Origin: Chloroflexota bacterium
GTDB lineage: Bacteria > Chloroflexota > UBA6077 > CF-72
Length of the DNA stretch: 64,000 bases
Assembly (NCBI GenBank): GCA_035309865.1
Contig: DATGER010000126.1
Location: forward strand, 284 to 64,283
Direction of reading: 5' to 3'
In this document: positions 26,919 to 37,534 of the stretch, piece by piece
How the letters are laid out: every line of letters begins with the position of its first letter
Numbering within the stretch: position 1 is the stretch's first letter
Notes under the pieces: model-generated
What the model was told of the DNA's origin: nothing
The model's input: the letters and a program-made list of their open reading frames with translations, nothing else
Databases searched by the model: none
Position numbers and translations under genes: made by a program

Positions 26919-29212
26919 TAGTGGGCACCAGCCGGCTCGGTGACTTCCGTAAACAGGGGGTGCTCCGGTTCTTCGAGCGTGACCGGTCCAGTCCGATAGC
27001 GGACGCCGAGCCAGCAAATATACAGCAGCGGCAGCACGCCACCCACAATCATCAGCACGTCACCTGGAAAGCGCAGCCACTCGATCAATGCGTTCGTCGA
27101 GTTGGTGAGATAGTGGAGCGACCGGGCTTCGAAATACCCGTGACTGACCGACTCATACAACTGCAGGATGCCGAGCGGGAAGAGTGTCGCGAAACACATC
27201 CAGGCCAGTCCAACGTTGAGTGACCAGAAGCTGATCGCCGCCAGTCGGTCGGACCAGCGCTCCTGGGGAATCAGGTAGCGCACGCAAAACAGCGCCAGGC
27301 CAGCCGCGAGCATGCCGTACACGCCCATCATCGCCGCGTGGGCGTGATTGGCGGTCAGTGCCGTTCCGATCTCGTAATACGACACGATGGGCAGGTTGAC
27401 CAGGAAGCCGAAAATGCCGGCGCCCAGGAAGTTCCAGAACCCGACCGATGCCAGAAACATCACCGCCCAGCGGTGCGGGAATGGCGTGCCCAACTTGTCG
27501 GTTTGCGCCGCCCCGAGCTGGAGGAAGCTCCACGCCTCGACAGTCAGAAAGGTCAACGGAATGACTTCGCCGGCCGAAAAGAACGCGCCGAGCGCCATGT
27601 GCTGGGCGGGCGTGCCCGAGAAATACAGGTGATGCATCGTCCCGATCACGCCGCCGGCCGAGTAGAGCACGATGTCCAGGTAGACCACCGTCAGGGCCAC
27701 CCGCTCGGCCACGACGCCGAGCAGGACGAAGATGTACGCCACCATGATGGTGGTAAACAACTCGAGGAAGTCCTCGACCCACAGGTGAACCACCCAGAAA
27801 CGCCAGAAGTCCGTCGTCGTGAAGTTGTCCTGGGGTTGGGCCAGCAAGCCGACCGCGTAGAACGCGGGCAGGGCGAGCGCGGCGAAAAAGAACAGCCAGG
27901 GTAGGTTGCCCAGGTGCTCGCGCCGCAGCCGCCCGCGAATGCCGCGGTAGATCATGCCCACCCACACGAACAGTCCCAGAGTTAGCAACACCTGCCAGAA
28001 GCGCCCCAGGTCCAGATATTCAAAGCCTTGATCGCCGAACCAGGCCCAGAGTGGTGTATCCCAGCCAAAGATGCCGGCCCACTCGCCGAGCATGCTGCCG
28101 ACGACCACAAGTACCAGGGCGCCGAGCAGCCCGGACGCCAGCCAGTGTTGGCGGGGCGGCTCACGACCCGCGATCATGGGCGCCAGGAAGATGCCCGCCG
28201 CCAGGAAGGCGGTCGCCACCCAGAAGATCGACAACTGTACGTGCCAGGTGCGCGTCAAGTTGTACGGGAACCAGCGTGCCAGGTCGATGCCAAAAAAACC
28301 GGACAGATCGGCTCGATAGTGCTGGGATGCAGCGCCGAGCAGCGTCTGGACCAGGAAGAGGGCGGCCATGACCAGGAAGAAGAACCCCGTCGTGCGCTGG
28401 GCCGGCGTCAGCGCGACCTCGCCGGGCGGGATGAACCTCAATCGCTGTCGCTCGCGGCCGCGCCAGCCGAGCACGTCCCAGCGCCCGAACGCGCCGAACA
28501 GCAGGCCGATGCCGCCCAGCAACGCGATCAGCGACAACACGCTCCAGACGAGACTGTCGGCCGTTGGCGCGTTGCCGACCAGGGGTTCGGGGGGCCAGTT
28601 GTTGGTATACGAGTACGACTCGCCCGGCCGCTGGGCCGCCGACGCCCACGCCGACCAGGTGAAGAACGAGGTGAGTTGTCGCACCTGCTCCGGGTCGGCG
28701 ATGGCCGCCGGCCGCAGGCCATTTTCGGTCGTGGGGTTAGCGAAGAAGTCCTGGTACTGGGTGCGCAAGACCTGAAAAGCGTGCACCTGCCCGGCCGAGA
28801 ACGCGAGCGTGCGGGTGGGCGCGGCGTAGCGGTTGGTCTTGAAGTCCGCGAGCGTACGGGCGCGCGCCTGGTCGGATGCTGGTCCGCCGTACTGCTCCAG
28901 CACGTCGAGAGCGGCGCGCCGCAGCGCGTCGGCGGTGTAGTCAGGCCCAAGATAGGCGCCGTGGCCGAAGATCGAGCCGTACTCCATGAGCCCGTTGCGC
29001 AGGAAAATCTCCTGGCCGCCGACAATGTCGGCGCCAGTGAAGAGCGTGGCTCCGCTGGGATCGACGACTCGGTCCGGGACAGGTGGTGCCCCATCGTTCG
29101 CGCCATACGCGAGCATGCCCATAACGGCGAAACCAAAGAGCATGACCAGCAGCGAGGCCTGGATCCAGGTCCGCGAGACAATCAGCGCGCGCCTGGTCGA
29201 TCCACTCACCAT
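26918..29212 (-). CDS. norB: Quinol-dependent nitric oxide reductase (qNOR), large single-subunit type
   Basis: About 764 aa with an N-terminal NorC-like extension plus a 12-TM heme-copper oxidase core (GTMHHLYFSG, ANHAHAAMMGVYG). ATG at 29212 with AGGAGG (29221-29226) 8 nt upstream. Confidence 0.9.
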   Translation of the reverse strand: MVSGSTRRALIVSRTWIQASLLVMLFGFAVMGMLAYGANDGAPPVPDRVVDPSGATLFTGADIVGGQEIFLRNGLMEYGSIFGHGAYLGPDYTADALRRAALDVLEQYGGPASDQARARTLADFKTNRYAAPTRTLAFSAGQVHAFQVLRTQYQDFFANPTTENGLRPAAIADPEQVRQLTSFFTWSAWASAAQRPGESYSYTNNWPPEPLVGNAPTADSLVWSVLSLIALLGGIGLLFGAFGRWDVLGWRGRERQRLRFIPPGEVALTPAQRTTGFFFLVMAALFLVQTLLGAASQHYRADLSGFFGIDLARWFPYNLTRTWHVQLSIFWVATAFLAAGIFLAPMIAGREPPRQHWLASGLLGALVLVVVGSMLGEWAGIFGWDTPLWAWFGDQGFEYLDLGRFWQVLLTLGLFVWVGMIYRGIRGRLRREHLGNLPWLFFFAALALPAFYAVGLLAQPQDNFTTTDFWRFWVVHLWVEDFLELFTTIMVAYIFVLLGVVAERVALTVVYLDIVLYSAGGVIGTMHHLYFSGTPAQHMALGAFFSAGEVIPLTFLTVEAWSFLQLGAAQTDKLGTPFPHRWAVMFLASVGFWNFLGAGIFGFLVNLPIVSYYEIGTALTANHAHAAMMGVYGMLAAGLALFCVRYLIPQERWSDRLAAISFWSLNVGLAWMCFATLFPLGILQLYESVSHGYFEARSLHYLTNSTNALIEWLRFPGDVLMIVGGVLPLLYICWLGVRYRTGPVTLEEPEHPLFTEVTEPAGAH

Positions 29213-29224
29213 GCGTTCCACCTC

Positions 29225-30931
29225 CTACTGAACTGAGCGTGCCAGGGCGTGCGCCCGGAGGGCGGCTTGCGTTCGGCTGGTCACCCCGAGCTTCGACAGC
29301 ACATGCTTGACATGGAGTCGCACCGTGCCGACGCTCAGTTGCAGGTCACGGGCGATGTCCAGGTTGGTTTTGCCTTCGCCCAGCAACCCGAGCACTTCGC
29401 GTTCACGCGGCGTCAGCGCGTCGATCTGTCCGTCGCCCGCGGTCGACCCGCGGGGGTCATGCGGCCGCAGCAGGTGCGCGATCAAGTCCTCGAGCCGTCG
29501 TTCGCGTTCGGCCAGCGCACCGTGGAGATAGTGATTCTGGCGCACGGTCGAAGCGAGGTCGCCGGCCAGGCGGCGTTCCCGCGTCACGTCGGTGACAACG
29601 ACCACCGCTCCGGCGATCGCGTCGGCGGGATCGCGCAGCGGCACCGCCGATGCTTGTAACCAGTACAGACTGGCGGAGCCCGCGGGTCGGAACGTCGCCT
29701 CGTACGCGTGGATTTCTTCACCGGCCAGGACGCGCCTCAGGAGGCTGCCGATGGGCACGCGCCGCTCTCCGCCGGCTTCGCGTAAGTCCAGGTCGGTCGC
29801 CTGCTCGGCGATGGGGCGCGAGCGCTCCAGTTGACGCCCCAGAATCCGCCGGCAGGCGCTGTTGACCAGCAGTGGATGTCCCTTCGGATCCAGCACCAGG
29901 ACACCGCTGGGCAGTTGTTCGACCACCGCCGCCAGGCGTTGCTCCTCTTGATCCAACTCCCAGGCCTCGCGAGCACTGGTCACGCCAATTGCCATGCCGC
30001 TGGCCAGTCCGCTCAACAGTTGCTCCTCCTCGAGGTCGAACCGGCGATCCCTTTCACCCAACACCTCGAGCACACCCAGCGAAACTCCGTTTCGTCGGAT
30101 CGGGGCGGCGAGGTAGGCAAACCGCACCTGACGCTCGGCCTGGCTGAGCCGGGCGACCGGTTCCATCGAGGCATCCGGCAGGTTGACCAGCTCGACGGAC
30201 GCGACGTGCACCAGACGATCGTTCACCGGAGCGACCCGCCCATCAGGCAGGCGGCGATAGCCGACCCCCGCGGCGTAGCGTACCGACTCGTCAGCTTTGA
30301 GCAGCCAGACCGCCGCGCTCTGGGCGCGCAGTGCGCGCATCGCCAGTTTGACGGCCAGATCCTCGACGCCCTCCTCGTCATGCGCGGCGCGCACATCGCG
30401 GCACAAGAACTCCGACATGGCCGCCATCAAGCGCGACTGACGCTCGACCTGGCGCGCCAACTCCAGCACCTCCAGGGCAGCCCCGAACGGAGTACCGATC
30501 AGTGCGACCAGCTCCAGCAGCCGCGCGGTATCGGCATGCGCGCGCGCCCACCCGACGCAGACCGTCGCCACGACGCGATCGCCGACCCAGAGCGGCACCG
30601 CCCCGGCGCTTTGCACGCCGTCCGCATCAGAGCCAGTGGCTTGACCGATCGATTGTCCGCGCCGCCACGCCAGCTCGCACAGGCGGAGCGCAGATGGCAA
30701 TCCTGGTCGCGGCTCCCAGGCGTCCGCCCGAGCCGCATACACGACCCGCATGCCGAAGTCCGTCGCTGGTACGCACACCACGACAGCCGCGGCGCCAAGC
30801 AGCGCGATGAGCTGTTCGGCGACGATTCGGGCGCCAGTCTCAGCGTCGCGCGCACTCGCGACCAGCGCGTTCGTCTCAGGCAACGCCCGAAGGAGTCGCT
30901 CAGCGCCGGGCAGCGTCCAGGCGTCGCGCAC
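29225..30931 (-). CDS. GAF-GAF-PAS-LuxR(HTH) transcriptional regulator
   Basis: GTG start. C-terminal LTPREREVLGLLGEGKTNLDIARDLQLSVGTVRLHVKHVLSKLG. N-terminal GAF-like and PAS-like regions (LPSGVLVLDPKGHPLLVNSA). Its stop (29225-29227) overlaps the norB Shine-Dalgarno. Confidence 0.85.
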   Translation of the reverse strand: MRDAWTLPGAERLLRALPETNALVASARDAETGARIVAEQLIALLGAAAVVVCVPATDFGMRVVYAARADAWEPRPGLPSALRLCELAWRRGQSIGQATGSDADGVQSAGAVPLWVGDRVVATVCVGWARAHADTARLLELVALIGTPFGAALEVLELARQVERQSRLMAAMSEFLCRDVRAAHDEEGVEDLAVKLAMRALRAQSAAVWLLKADESVRYAAGVGYRRLPDGRVAPVNDRLVHVASVELVNLPDASMEPVARLSQAERQVRFAYLAAPIRRNGVSLGVLEVLGERDRRFDLEEEQLLSGLASGMAIGVTSAREAWELDQEEQRLAAVVEQLPSGVLVLDPKGHPLLVNSACRRILGRQLERSRPIAEQATDLDLREAGGERRVPIGSLLRRVLAGEEIHAYEATFRPAGSASLYWLQASAVPLRDPADAIAGAVVVVTDVTRERRLAGDLASTVRQNHYLHGALAERERRLEDLIAHLLRPHDPRGSTAGDGQIDALTPREREVLGLLGEGKTNLDIARDLQLSVGTVRLHVKHVLSKLGVTSRTQAALRAHALARSVQ

Positions 30932-31060
30932 GACTGCGACTCAAGGATACTCCGTCTGAGGTAGGAAGATATCCCAGGCGGGGGAGGAGCCCGACGCAAC
31001 ACTGCCCTACGCTGGGCTCAGGAAGGGTTCCAACGCGGACGCGGTAGGTGAGGTGCAGCA

Positions 31061-31381
31061 ATGAAAGACCAGTACATCGGTCGACTGACGTCACAGATGG
31101 AGGTCTGCGACGTGCTGGGGTACAGAATTGGCACCATTGCACGGGTGCATCGCGACGAATACGCACTGGTGGAGGCGCACGTCGGGCCGAGCGAAGAGCG
31201 CCCGCAAACGGACGGCGTCATGGAAGTGAAGACTGGCCCGCTCGGTCTGGGGCCGCGTTTGTATGTCCCGGTGACTGAAATCCGCGAAGTGATCGACGAG
31301 AGCGTCTTTCTGGACAAGAACAAGAACGAGGTCGCCCGGGACTGGCGCACCAAGCCGGGCTTCCTGGCCGACCTCTACTAG
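31061..31381 (+). CDS. Hypothetical protein (possibly PRC-barrel/DUF2171-like)
   Basis: ATG with a GGTGAGGTG RBS, high GC3, 106 aa. Weak resemblance only (GTIARVHRDE...YVPVTEIREVIDESVFLD). Confidence 0.5.
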   Translation: MKDQYIGRLTSQMEVCDVLGYRIGTIARVHRDEYALVEAHVGPSEERPQTDGVMEVKTGPLGLGPRLYVPVTEIREVIDESVFLDKNKNEVARDWRTKPGFLADLY

Positions 31382-31443
31382 CGCCACCGCGCACACGTTG
31401 CGCGGCCAATTACGTGAAAACGTGTTAACAAAATGAGGCTCGC

Positions 31444-32664
31444 TTGGCCAACCAGCGTCAGAACCGGCTAACGAGCCGCGAGGCTTGCCTGCGCGAGATC
31501 GTGGCGGCGCTGGCTGGCTCACTCGACGAGACAGCGACCCTGGAGATCGCCGTGCGTTCGGCCGCGCGGCTGCTCGATGCCCCGTTTGCCCGAATCTGGT
31601 TGCTGGACGAGAACGGTGACCTGAGAACCTCCACGTCCTACGTCGGCGCAGCCTTCACGCCCGGTCGCACGACGCACCTGTCGATCGACAGCGTCGCGGG
31701 TCTGGCACTTCGGTCCGGGCGCGGCGTGATGCTGGCCGACGCCTCGAGGCACACGCTGTGGCGCGATGTCGATTTCACCGCCCACAGTGGACTGCGCGCC
31801 TATCTCGGCGCGCCGGTTCGCCGCGCGGGGGCGAAGTTGGGGGTTCTGGAAGTCATGCGACCACTGAGCGTCGGCTTTGCGTCGGCCGACCGGTCGCTCC
31901 TGCTCGACCTCGCCAATGTGGTGGCGGTGGCCGTCGATCAGGCGCGGACGCTCGCTGCGCTGCGGCAGCGCGAGCGCGAGTTCGCCACCCTGGTCGAGTG
32001 CGCGCCCGAGGTGATCGCCCGTATCGACCGCCAGGCGCGGTTCGTGTACGTGAACCCGGCCGCTGAGCGGGTCGCCGGCCTGGCGGCTGAGCGAGTGCTC
32101 GGCAAGACGCTGGCGGAACTGGGGGCCGCGCCGCACGCCGCGACGGCCTGGGCGATCTGCGTGCGGCAGGTCTTCGAGACCGGGCGCGAGGTCACCGCGG
32201 ACTTTCCGATTCCGATGGCCAGCGAGGAGCGCAGTTTGCAGGCCCGCATCGCGCCTGAGCTCGCAGCTGACAGCTCGATCGAGCATGTGCTGTGCATCGC
32301 ACGCGACGCACCCGACCGCGGGCGTGTCGAAGGCGCGCACGAGGACCTGGTTCGGGAGTTGCTCGACCAGCAGCGGCGGCTCGAGCGGTTGACCGAGCGG
32401 GTGCTACTCCTCCGCGGCGAGAGCGCCGCACGCGTGCCCGCGCGGATCCTGCCCGCGTTGACAGGGCGCGAGCTGGAAGTGCTGCAGTTGCTCGTGCGTG
32501 GGATGTCCAACCCTGAAATCGGGCGCGAGCTCAACCTCAGCACGGCGACGATCAAGAGCCACATGAGCACGTTGTTGGCGAAACTTCAGGCCGGCGATCG
32601 CACCCAGGCCGCGGTGCGCGCGGTTTCCCTGGGATTGGCGAGCGCGGTTCCTTACACCATCTGA
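31444..32664 (+). CDS. GAF-PAS-LuxR(HTH) transcriptional regulator (shorter paralogue-like)
   Basis: TTG start with GAGG 5 nt upstream. C-terminal LTGRELEVLQLLVRGMSNPEIGRELNLSTATIKSHMSTLLAKL. Confidence 0.85.
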   Translation: MANQRQNRLTSREACLREIVAALAGSLDETATLEIAVRSAARLLDAPFARIWLLDENGDLRTSTSYVGAAFTPGRTTHLSIDSVAGLALRSGRGVMLADASRHTLWRDVDFTAHSGLRAYLGAPVRRAGAKLGVLEVMRPLSVGFASADRSLLLDLANVVAVAVDQARTLAALRQREREFATLVECAPEVIARIDRQARFVYVNPAAERVAGLAAERVLGKTLAELGAAPHAATAWAICVRQVFETGREVTADFPIPMASEERSLQARIAPELAADSSIEHVLCIARDAPDRGRVEGAHEDLVRELLDQQRRLERLTERVLLLRGESAARVPARILPALTGRELEVLQLLVRGMSNPEIGRELNLSTATIKSHMSTLLAKLQAGDRTQAAVRAVSLGLASAVPYTI

Positions 32665-32743
32665 ACCAACATCTGGCCACCTGGGGGAACCAACTCCGAC
32701 TACTGGCTGAGTCGGGTGCCGGCTGCACACTCAATACTCAAAG

Positions 32744-35161
32744 GTGTCATCTCTGCTGTCCGCGGCATTGGGTCCGTCCACCTTGCTGATGGGCCGGCTC
32801 AAATACGTCCACAAGTTCGTGTTGATCAGCGTGCTGTTCGCCGCGCCACTGGCAACAGTGATGTACCTCTACATCTCGGACGCGAACACCCAGATCGACT
32901 TCACCACGTCGGAGCTCGACGGGACGCAATATCTGCGACCTGTCAATGCCTTGCTGGGGGACACGCTGCAGGCACGCTACGCGTCGGCAGCGGGTGACAG
33001 TGCGGATCGACCAGCGCAGCAGCAGGCAATCGCCACCGACCTGAAGGCCCTGGCCGCCGTCGACGCGCGGCTCGGATCGAGTCTGAAGACGGCCGACCTG
33101 TATGCGACCCTACGGCAGGACACCCCGAGCCTGAGCGCGGTGGGCGCCGGCGACGGCGCGTATGCCAGCGTCGTGTCTGATCTCCAGTCGATCATCGCTC
33201 AGGTTGGAGACGCCTCGAACCTCATTCTCGACCCACAGCTTGACTCTTTTTATGTGATGGACACGGTGATGGTCGAGCTGCCGAGTTCCGAGGACACAAC
33301 GGGACAGCTGCGCGGCCTGGCCCTCGGAGTTGCTGCTCGTGGCACGATCACCGCGGACGAACGCGCCCAGATGCGGGTGTTGTCGAGCACGACGCACGAT
33401 CACCTGGAGGCCATCAAACGCGGCGTAAAGGTCGCTATCGCCAGCACCCAGAGCGGCAGCCTCAAAAGCACGCTCGACGCCCCGACGGCCAACGCCATCG
33501 CGCGCACCGAAGATTTTCTCGGGTCCGTCGACAAGCACGCGATTTCGGCCGCGGCACTTGATATCGCGAACTTGAAGGCCGACACCACGACCAACGCTGG
33601 CGCCGCCCAGATCGCGCTCCAGGGGCAGGCAATCGGTGCGCTGGACGCGCTCCTGAGTACGCGAGTGGACGACTTCGCCAGCCGAACCCAGCGCGTCGAG
33701 ATTCTAGCCGGAGTGGCGCTGCTGGTCGTGCTGTACCTGTTGGTGGGCTTCTATCTGTCGGTCAGCTCGGCCGCCGAGAAGTTGACGGTCATCGCCAGCC
33801 GGCTCGCCGACGAGGACCTCGCCGGCCTGGTCCAGGCGATGCGCGCGATTGCCGATGGCGATCTGACTGTGGAGGTGCGCATCGCGACGGCGGCGCTAGA
33901 CCTCAGCAGCAACGACGAGCAACTCGGCGGCGTCCCCTCGAGCTTCAATCAGATTGTGCGTCGGCTGTCTGAGGTCAGCGCCGCATTCGCCGCGATGCGC
34001 GATGGACTGCGCGGCCTCGCCACTGATATGCAGCGGGTGGCGGACGACGTTGCAAGCAATAGCCGACAACTGGGCACGGTCAGCGGACAGACCGGTCTGG
34101 CGGTCCAGCAGGTCACCGTGGCCGTGCACGGCGTCGCCGTCGGCGCCACTGAAACCAGTCGGGGTGCGCAGCAAACCTTTGCCGCGGTCGCCAAGCTCGA
34201 GCGGGCGATTGACAGTCTCAGCCGTGGCGCGGCCGAGCAGGCCAGGCAGGTTCAGGCTGCCGGCGCGACGGCGGGCCGCATGGCTACGGGTGTCGAGCAG
34301 GTCGCCGACAGCGCGACCCGGGTGGCCACCTCGAGCGCCCAAACCAGAGCCGCGGCCGAGCACGGCAGTCGAGCGGTGCAGGAAACGGTCGCCGGCATGG
34401 CCGAAATTCACGCGGTGGTCGGGCGCGCCTCGCAATGCGTCCGCGAGCTCGGCGGGCTCGGCGAGAAGATCGGCGCAGTCGTCGAGACGATCGACGACAT
34501 CGCCGAGCAAACGAATCTGCTGGCGCTCAATGCGGCGATCGAGGCGGCGCGCGCGGGTGAGCACGGCAAGGGTTTCGCGGTCGTCGCCGACGAAGTTCGA
34601 AAACTCGCTGAACGCAGCGGGCGTGAGACCAAACAGATCGCCGACCTGATTCGCGAGGTCCAAACCGGCACCCGCGAAGCCGTCAGCGCCATGAAAATCG
34701 GCACCTCCTACGTCGACGATGGGACCATCAAGGCCGATCAGGCCGGGGCTGCGCTGCTCGAGATCCTGGCGGCCGTCGACGAGACGGTTGGTCAGGTAAA
34801 CGACATCGCCGGATCGGCCCGCGAGATGGCGGCCGGCGCTCGAGGCGTAACCGAAGCAATGGCGGCCATGACCGCCGTGGTCATGGAGTCGTCAGCCTCG
34901 ACCGACGAGATGGCCCGTCAGGCGAGCCAGGTCTCGACAGCGATTCAGTCGATTGCGGCGGTGTCGCAGGAGCAGAGCGCGAGCACGGAGCAGGTCAGTG
35001 CTTCGGCCGAGGAGATGAGCGCCCAGATCGAACAGATGAGCGCTCAGGCACTGGAGCTCGCGTCGACCGCCGAACAACTCCGGCAGTTCGTCGCGCGCTT
35101 CCGGCTCGGCGTGGTAGATACCGCGCCGGTCGTGCTGGTTCGCGGACGTCGCGCCGCCTGA
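32744..35161 (+). CDS. Methyl-accepting chemotaxis protein (large helical sensor, HAMP, MA domain)
   Basis: Highly conserved signalling hairpin [34 protein letters not shown]. Start is either GTG 32744 or ATG 32789. No che genes in the window. Confidence 0.9.
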   Translation: MSSLLSAALGPSTLLMGRLKYVHKFVLISVLFAAPLATVMYLYISDANTQIDFTTSELDGTQYLRPVNALLGDTLQARYASAAGDSADRPAQQQAIATDLKALAAVDARLGSSLKTADLYATLRQDTPSLSAVGAGDGAYASVVSDLQSIIAQVGDASNLILDPQLDSFYVMDTVMVELPSSEDTTGQLRGLALGVAARGTITADERAQMRVLSSTTHDHLEAIKRGVKVAIASTQSGSLKSTLDAPTANAIARTEDFLGSVDKHAISAAALDIANLKADTTTNAGAAQIALQGQAIGALDALLSTRVDDFASRTQRVEILAGVALLVVLYLLVGFYLSVSSAAEKLTVIASRLADEDLAGLVQAMRAIADGDLTVEVRIATAALDLSSNDEQLGGVPSSFNQIVRRLSEVSAAFAAMRDGLRGLATDMQRVADDVASNSRQLGTVSGQTGLAVQQVTVAVHGVAVGATETSRGAQQTFAAVAKLERAIDSLSRGAAEQARQVQAAGATAGRMATGVEQVADSATRVATSSAQTRAAAEHGSRAVQETVAGMAEIHAVVGRASQCVRELGGLGEKIGAVVETIDDIAEQTNLLALNAAIEAARAGEHGKGFAVVADEVRKLAERSGRETKQIADLIREVQTGTREAVSAMKIGTSYVDDGTIKADQAGAALLEILAAVDETVGQVNDIAGSAREMAAGARGVTEAMAAMTAVVMESSASTDEMARQASQVSTAIQSIAAVSQEQSASTEQVSASAEEMSAQIEQMSAQALELASTAEQLRQFVARFRLGVVDTAPVVLVRGRRAA

Positions 35162-35173
35162 ACGCGAGCACGC

Positions 35174-36373
35174 TCACACTGCGCGGACGACCGCGGACTG
35201 GGCCAGGCCGCAGAGGCGCGGCCCGAGCAGGGTGACGACCGCCGTGCTCGCGAGCACCGGGAGAAACGCGCTGGCCGCCAGGTGCGTTGCGTCCCACAGT
35301 GCCCCCGCCACCAACGTCACCAGAAACGCCAGCGTGTAGCTGATGGCAAACATGCCCGCCGACAAACGCGGCACGTCCGCCGCCCCAACCAGCAGGGCCG
35401 GCAGCGCGAAGCTCAGCACGAGAATATACGCAGCGCAGAAGCCGAAGACGCCTGCCGCGACCACGGTCGGGGTGCCCGGCAGCCCGATCACGGCAGCGAG
35501 CGCCACGACGATCGCCACGCCAACCGCGATCGAGGTGGAGCGCCGCGCCAGCACTCGCAGCGGGACCAGAGCGATCACCGCTGACGCGGGTACCTGGCCG
35601 CCGTTCAAGGCGGCGAGCGCTGGCCCGACCAGACCGGCCTGGTTGGTGGCGTGCAAATAGTCCGGGATGAAAGTATTCGCGCCAAAGTAGATCAAGCTGG
35701 CGGACGACTGTAAAACGCCGAGCTGCCACAAGCGACCTTCGCGCCAGTTGGGAAGTCCACCCCGGCGCCAGGTCAGCGCCTCACTCGCCAGATGAGGGGT
35801 TCCCACCGCCAGCAGCACGGCACTGAGCAGGACCGGCGCCGACCAGAAGGCGAAGGTGACCTCCCAGCTGCCCACCAGCGGGAGCACCAGCGGTAGCGTC
35901 AGCGAAGCACTGAGAAGCTCACCGACCAGGAGTCCATTCGACCAGCAGCCGGTGGCCCTGGCCACCGAGTGCGGGAACCACTGACCCACCAGCGCCGAGA
36001 ACGTGGGCTGGCTGATGGCGATGCCAATGCCCATGCAGAACGTCATCGCGAAGAGGACGACGCTTGACGAGCCGACGCCGCGGAGCGCCGACGACACGCC
36101 GATCAGGACGATGCCCGCGAGCAGGGCACGGCGAGCGCCGATACGCGCGATAAGGAGCGCACCGGGAATGGCCATCAGGCCGAACAGCAGCACCGGCAGA
36201 CCCGAGAGGGCAGCCACGCCTTTCTCCTCCAGCTGCAGTTCCTGATGAATGATGGGCAACACGGGTGGCACGGCAAGCAGGGTCAGACGCATGTCCATCC
36301 CCGCCAGCCACAGCAGCCCCAGCCGCGCAATACTCGTTCGACGGATCGGCGCCGTAGACGGGGCGTGCGGCAT
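35174..36373 (-). CDS. MFS transporter (CynX-like)
   Basis: 12 hydrophobic segments. N-terminus MPHAPST...LGLLWLAGMDMRLTLLAVPPVLPII is typical of the CynX/NimT subgroup. ATG at 36373. Confidence 0.8.
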   Translation of the reverse strand: MPHAPSTAPIRRTSIARLGLLWLAGMDMRLTLLAVPPVLPIIHQELQLEEKGVAALSGLPVLLFGLMAIPGALLIARIGARRALLAGIVLIGVSSALRGVGSSSVVLFAMTFCMGIGIAISQPTFSALVGQWFPHSVARATGCWSNGLLVGELLSASLTLPLVLPLVGSWEVTFAFWSAPVLLSAVLLAVGTPHLASEALTWRRGGLPNWREGRLWQLGVLQSSASLIYFGANTFIPDYLHATNQAGLVGPALAALNGGQVPASAVIALVPLRVLARRSTSIAVGVAIVVALAAVIGLPGTPTVVAAGVFGFCAAYILVLSFALPALLVGAADVPRLSAGMFAISYTLAFLVTLVAGALWDATHLAASAFLPVLASTAVVTLLGPRLCGLAQSAVVRAV

Positions 36374-36473
36374 GTGCCTCCGAGCGTAGCGAACTTGCAC
36401 CCAACGTCGGCTCTCGTCCAGCAGTCGCCGCGACTGAAGTCAGGTCATACGATGGGGGCATTCCGGCCAGTAG

Positions 36474-37034
36474 ATGTCATCCGACGACGCACTCGTAACA
36501 CGTTCGGTCCGCGAGTTCATCGCGAGCGTGGCGTCCACGGCGGAGCCGGTACCGGCGGGAGGGAGCGTGGCGGCTCTGACGGGGGCGGCGAGTGCGGCCT
36601 TGCTGGCGCTGGTAGCTGAGCTGCTGGACCGCAAGCGTGTGGCCGGCGCTTCGGAACTACTGGCTCGAGCGCGGACGGTGCAGGACCGGCTGGTCGGGCT
36701 CATCGACGCGGATGCCGCCGCCTATCGCGCGTATCTCGCGGCCAGGCGATCACCTCGGGCGGAGCTGCAGGCCGCGCTGGATCGGACGACTCAGACGCCG
36801 CTGGATATCGCGACGGCGTGCCGCGAGGTGGTCACTTTGAGCCGCGACGTGGAGCGCCGCACCACGGGGCAGCTGCTTGGCGACGTACGCACCGCGCGCG
36901 GTCTGGCGCGGGCGGCCGTAATGGCGGCCGTGGACATCGCCGAGCAGAACGTGGTCCTCCAGACCGACCCGGCCGCCCAGGCGCGACTCCAGGCCGAGAT
37001 CGCGCGCCTCACGGCTCAGTCATCCGCTGGCTGA
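36474..37034 (+). CDS. Cyclodeaminase/cyclohydrolase family protein (FTCD C-terminal-like)
   Basis: REFIASVASTAEPVPAGGSVAALTGAASAALLALVA is the family-typical N-terminal helix pair. All-helical, 186 aa. Confidence 0.8.
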   Translation: MSSDDALVTRSVREFIASVASTAEPVPAGGSVAALTGAASAALLALVAELLDRKRVAGASELLARARTVQDRLVGLIDADAAAYRAYLAARRSPRAELQAALDRTTQTPLDIATACREVVTLSRDVERRTTGQLLGDVRTARGLARAAVMAAVDIAEQNVVLQTDPAAQARLQAEIARLTAQSSAG

Positions 37035-37240
37035 CGCAGCTCAGCGACAGCCGCCTCCACGGTCATCCCGCGGCCGTCAGCCCACGCCGCGTCGAAGCGC
37101 GCTTGACTGTTGGTGGACGTGCGACCCGCGGACAACTGGCAGCTGGTGTATGCCTGGACGACCGGCCGCCTGCCCCGCGAGCGACTGCCCGGCGGCGCGT
37201 TGAGCGCGGCGTCTGGCCTGTACACTTGCGGCGATCCAGC

Positions 37241-37534
37241 ATGTGTCGAAGCATCAAGACCCTGGCGAACTTTGAGCCGTCCGCGACTGACGACGAGATT
37301 CGCGCCGCGGCCACCCAGTTTGTCCGCAAACTGAGTGGCGCGAGCCGTCCATCGCGCGCCAACGAGCTCGTCTTCGACCGCGCCGTCGATGAAGTCACGG
37401 CCGCGGCCACGCGCTTGATTCGCGAGCTCAACAGCAGTGCGCCGCCGCGCGATCGCGAAGTCGAAGCGAGAAAAGCGCGGGAGCGCGCCCGCGAGCGCTA
37501 CGCGCGACCGGTGCTCGCCGCGCCAGCCAACTAG
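37241..37534 (+). CDS. DUF2277 domain protein
   Basis: MCRSIKTLANFEPSATDDEIRAAATQFVRKLSG is the characteristic DUF2277 N-terminus. The track ORF 36818..37534 was trimmed to the ATG at 37241. Confidence 0.7.
   Translation: MCRSIKTLANFEPSATDDEIRAAATQFVRKLSGASRPSRANELVFDRAVDEVTAAATRLIRELNSSAPPRDREVEARKARERARERYARPVLAAPAN

Noticed and set aside
26397-27017. IS element or transposase remnant downstream of norB
   Set aside because: Only a short Cys-motif resemblance to IS1182-type transposases is present. There is no DDE domain, no terminal inverted repeats or target duplications, and the flanks encode hydrophobic helices with genic codon bias. It is kept as a finding about a membrane protein, not as a mobile element.
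28028-30964. Plus-strand ORFs 28028..29236 (402 aa) and 29831..30964 (377 aa)
   Set aside because: Antisense to qNOR and the GAF-PAS-LuxR gene, respectively. No motifs; R/G/P/Q-rich.
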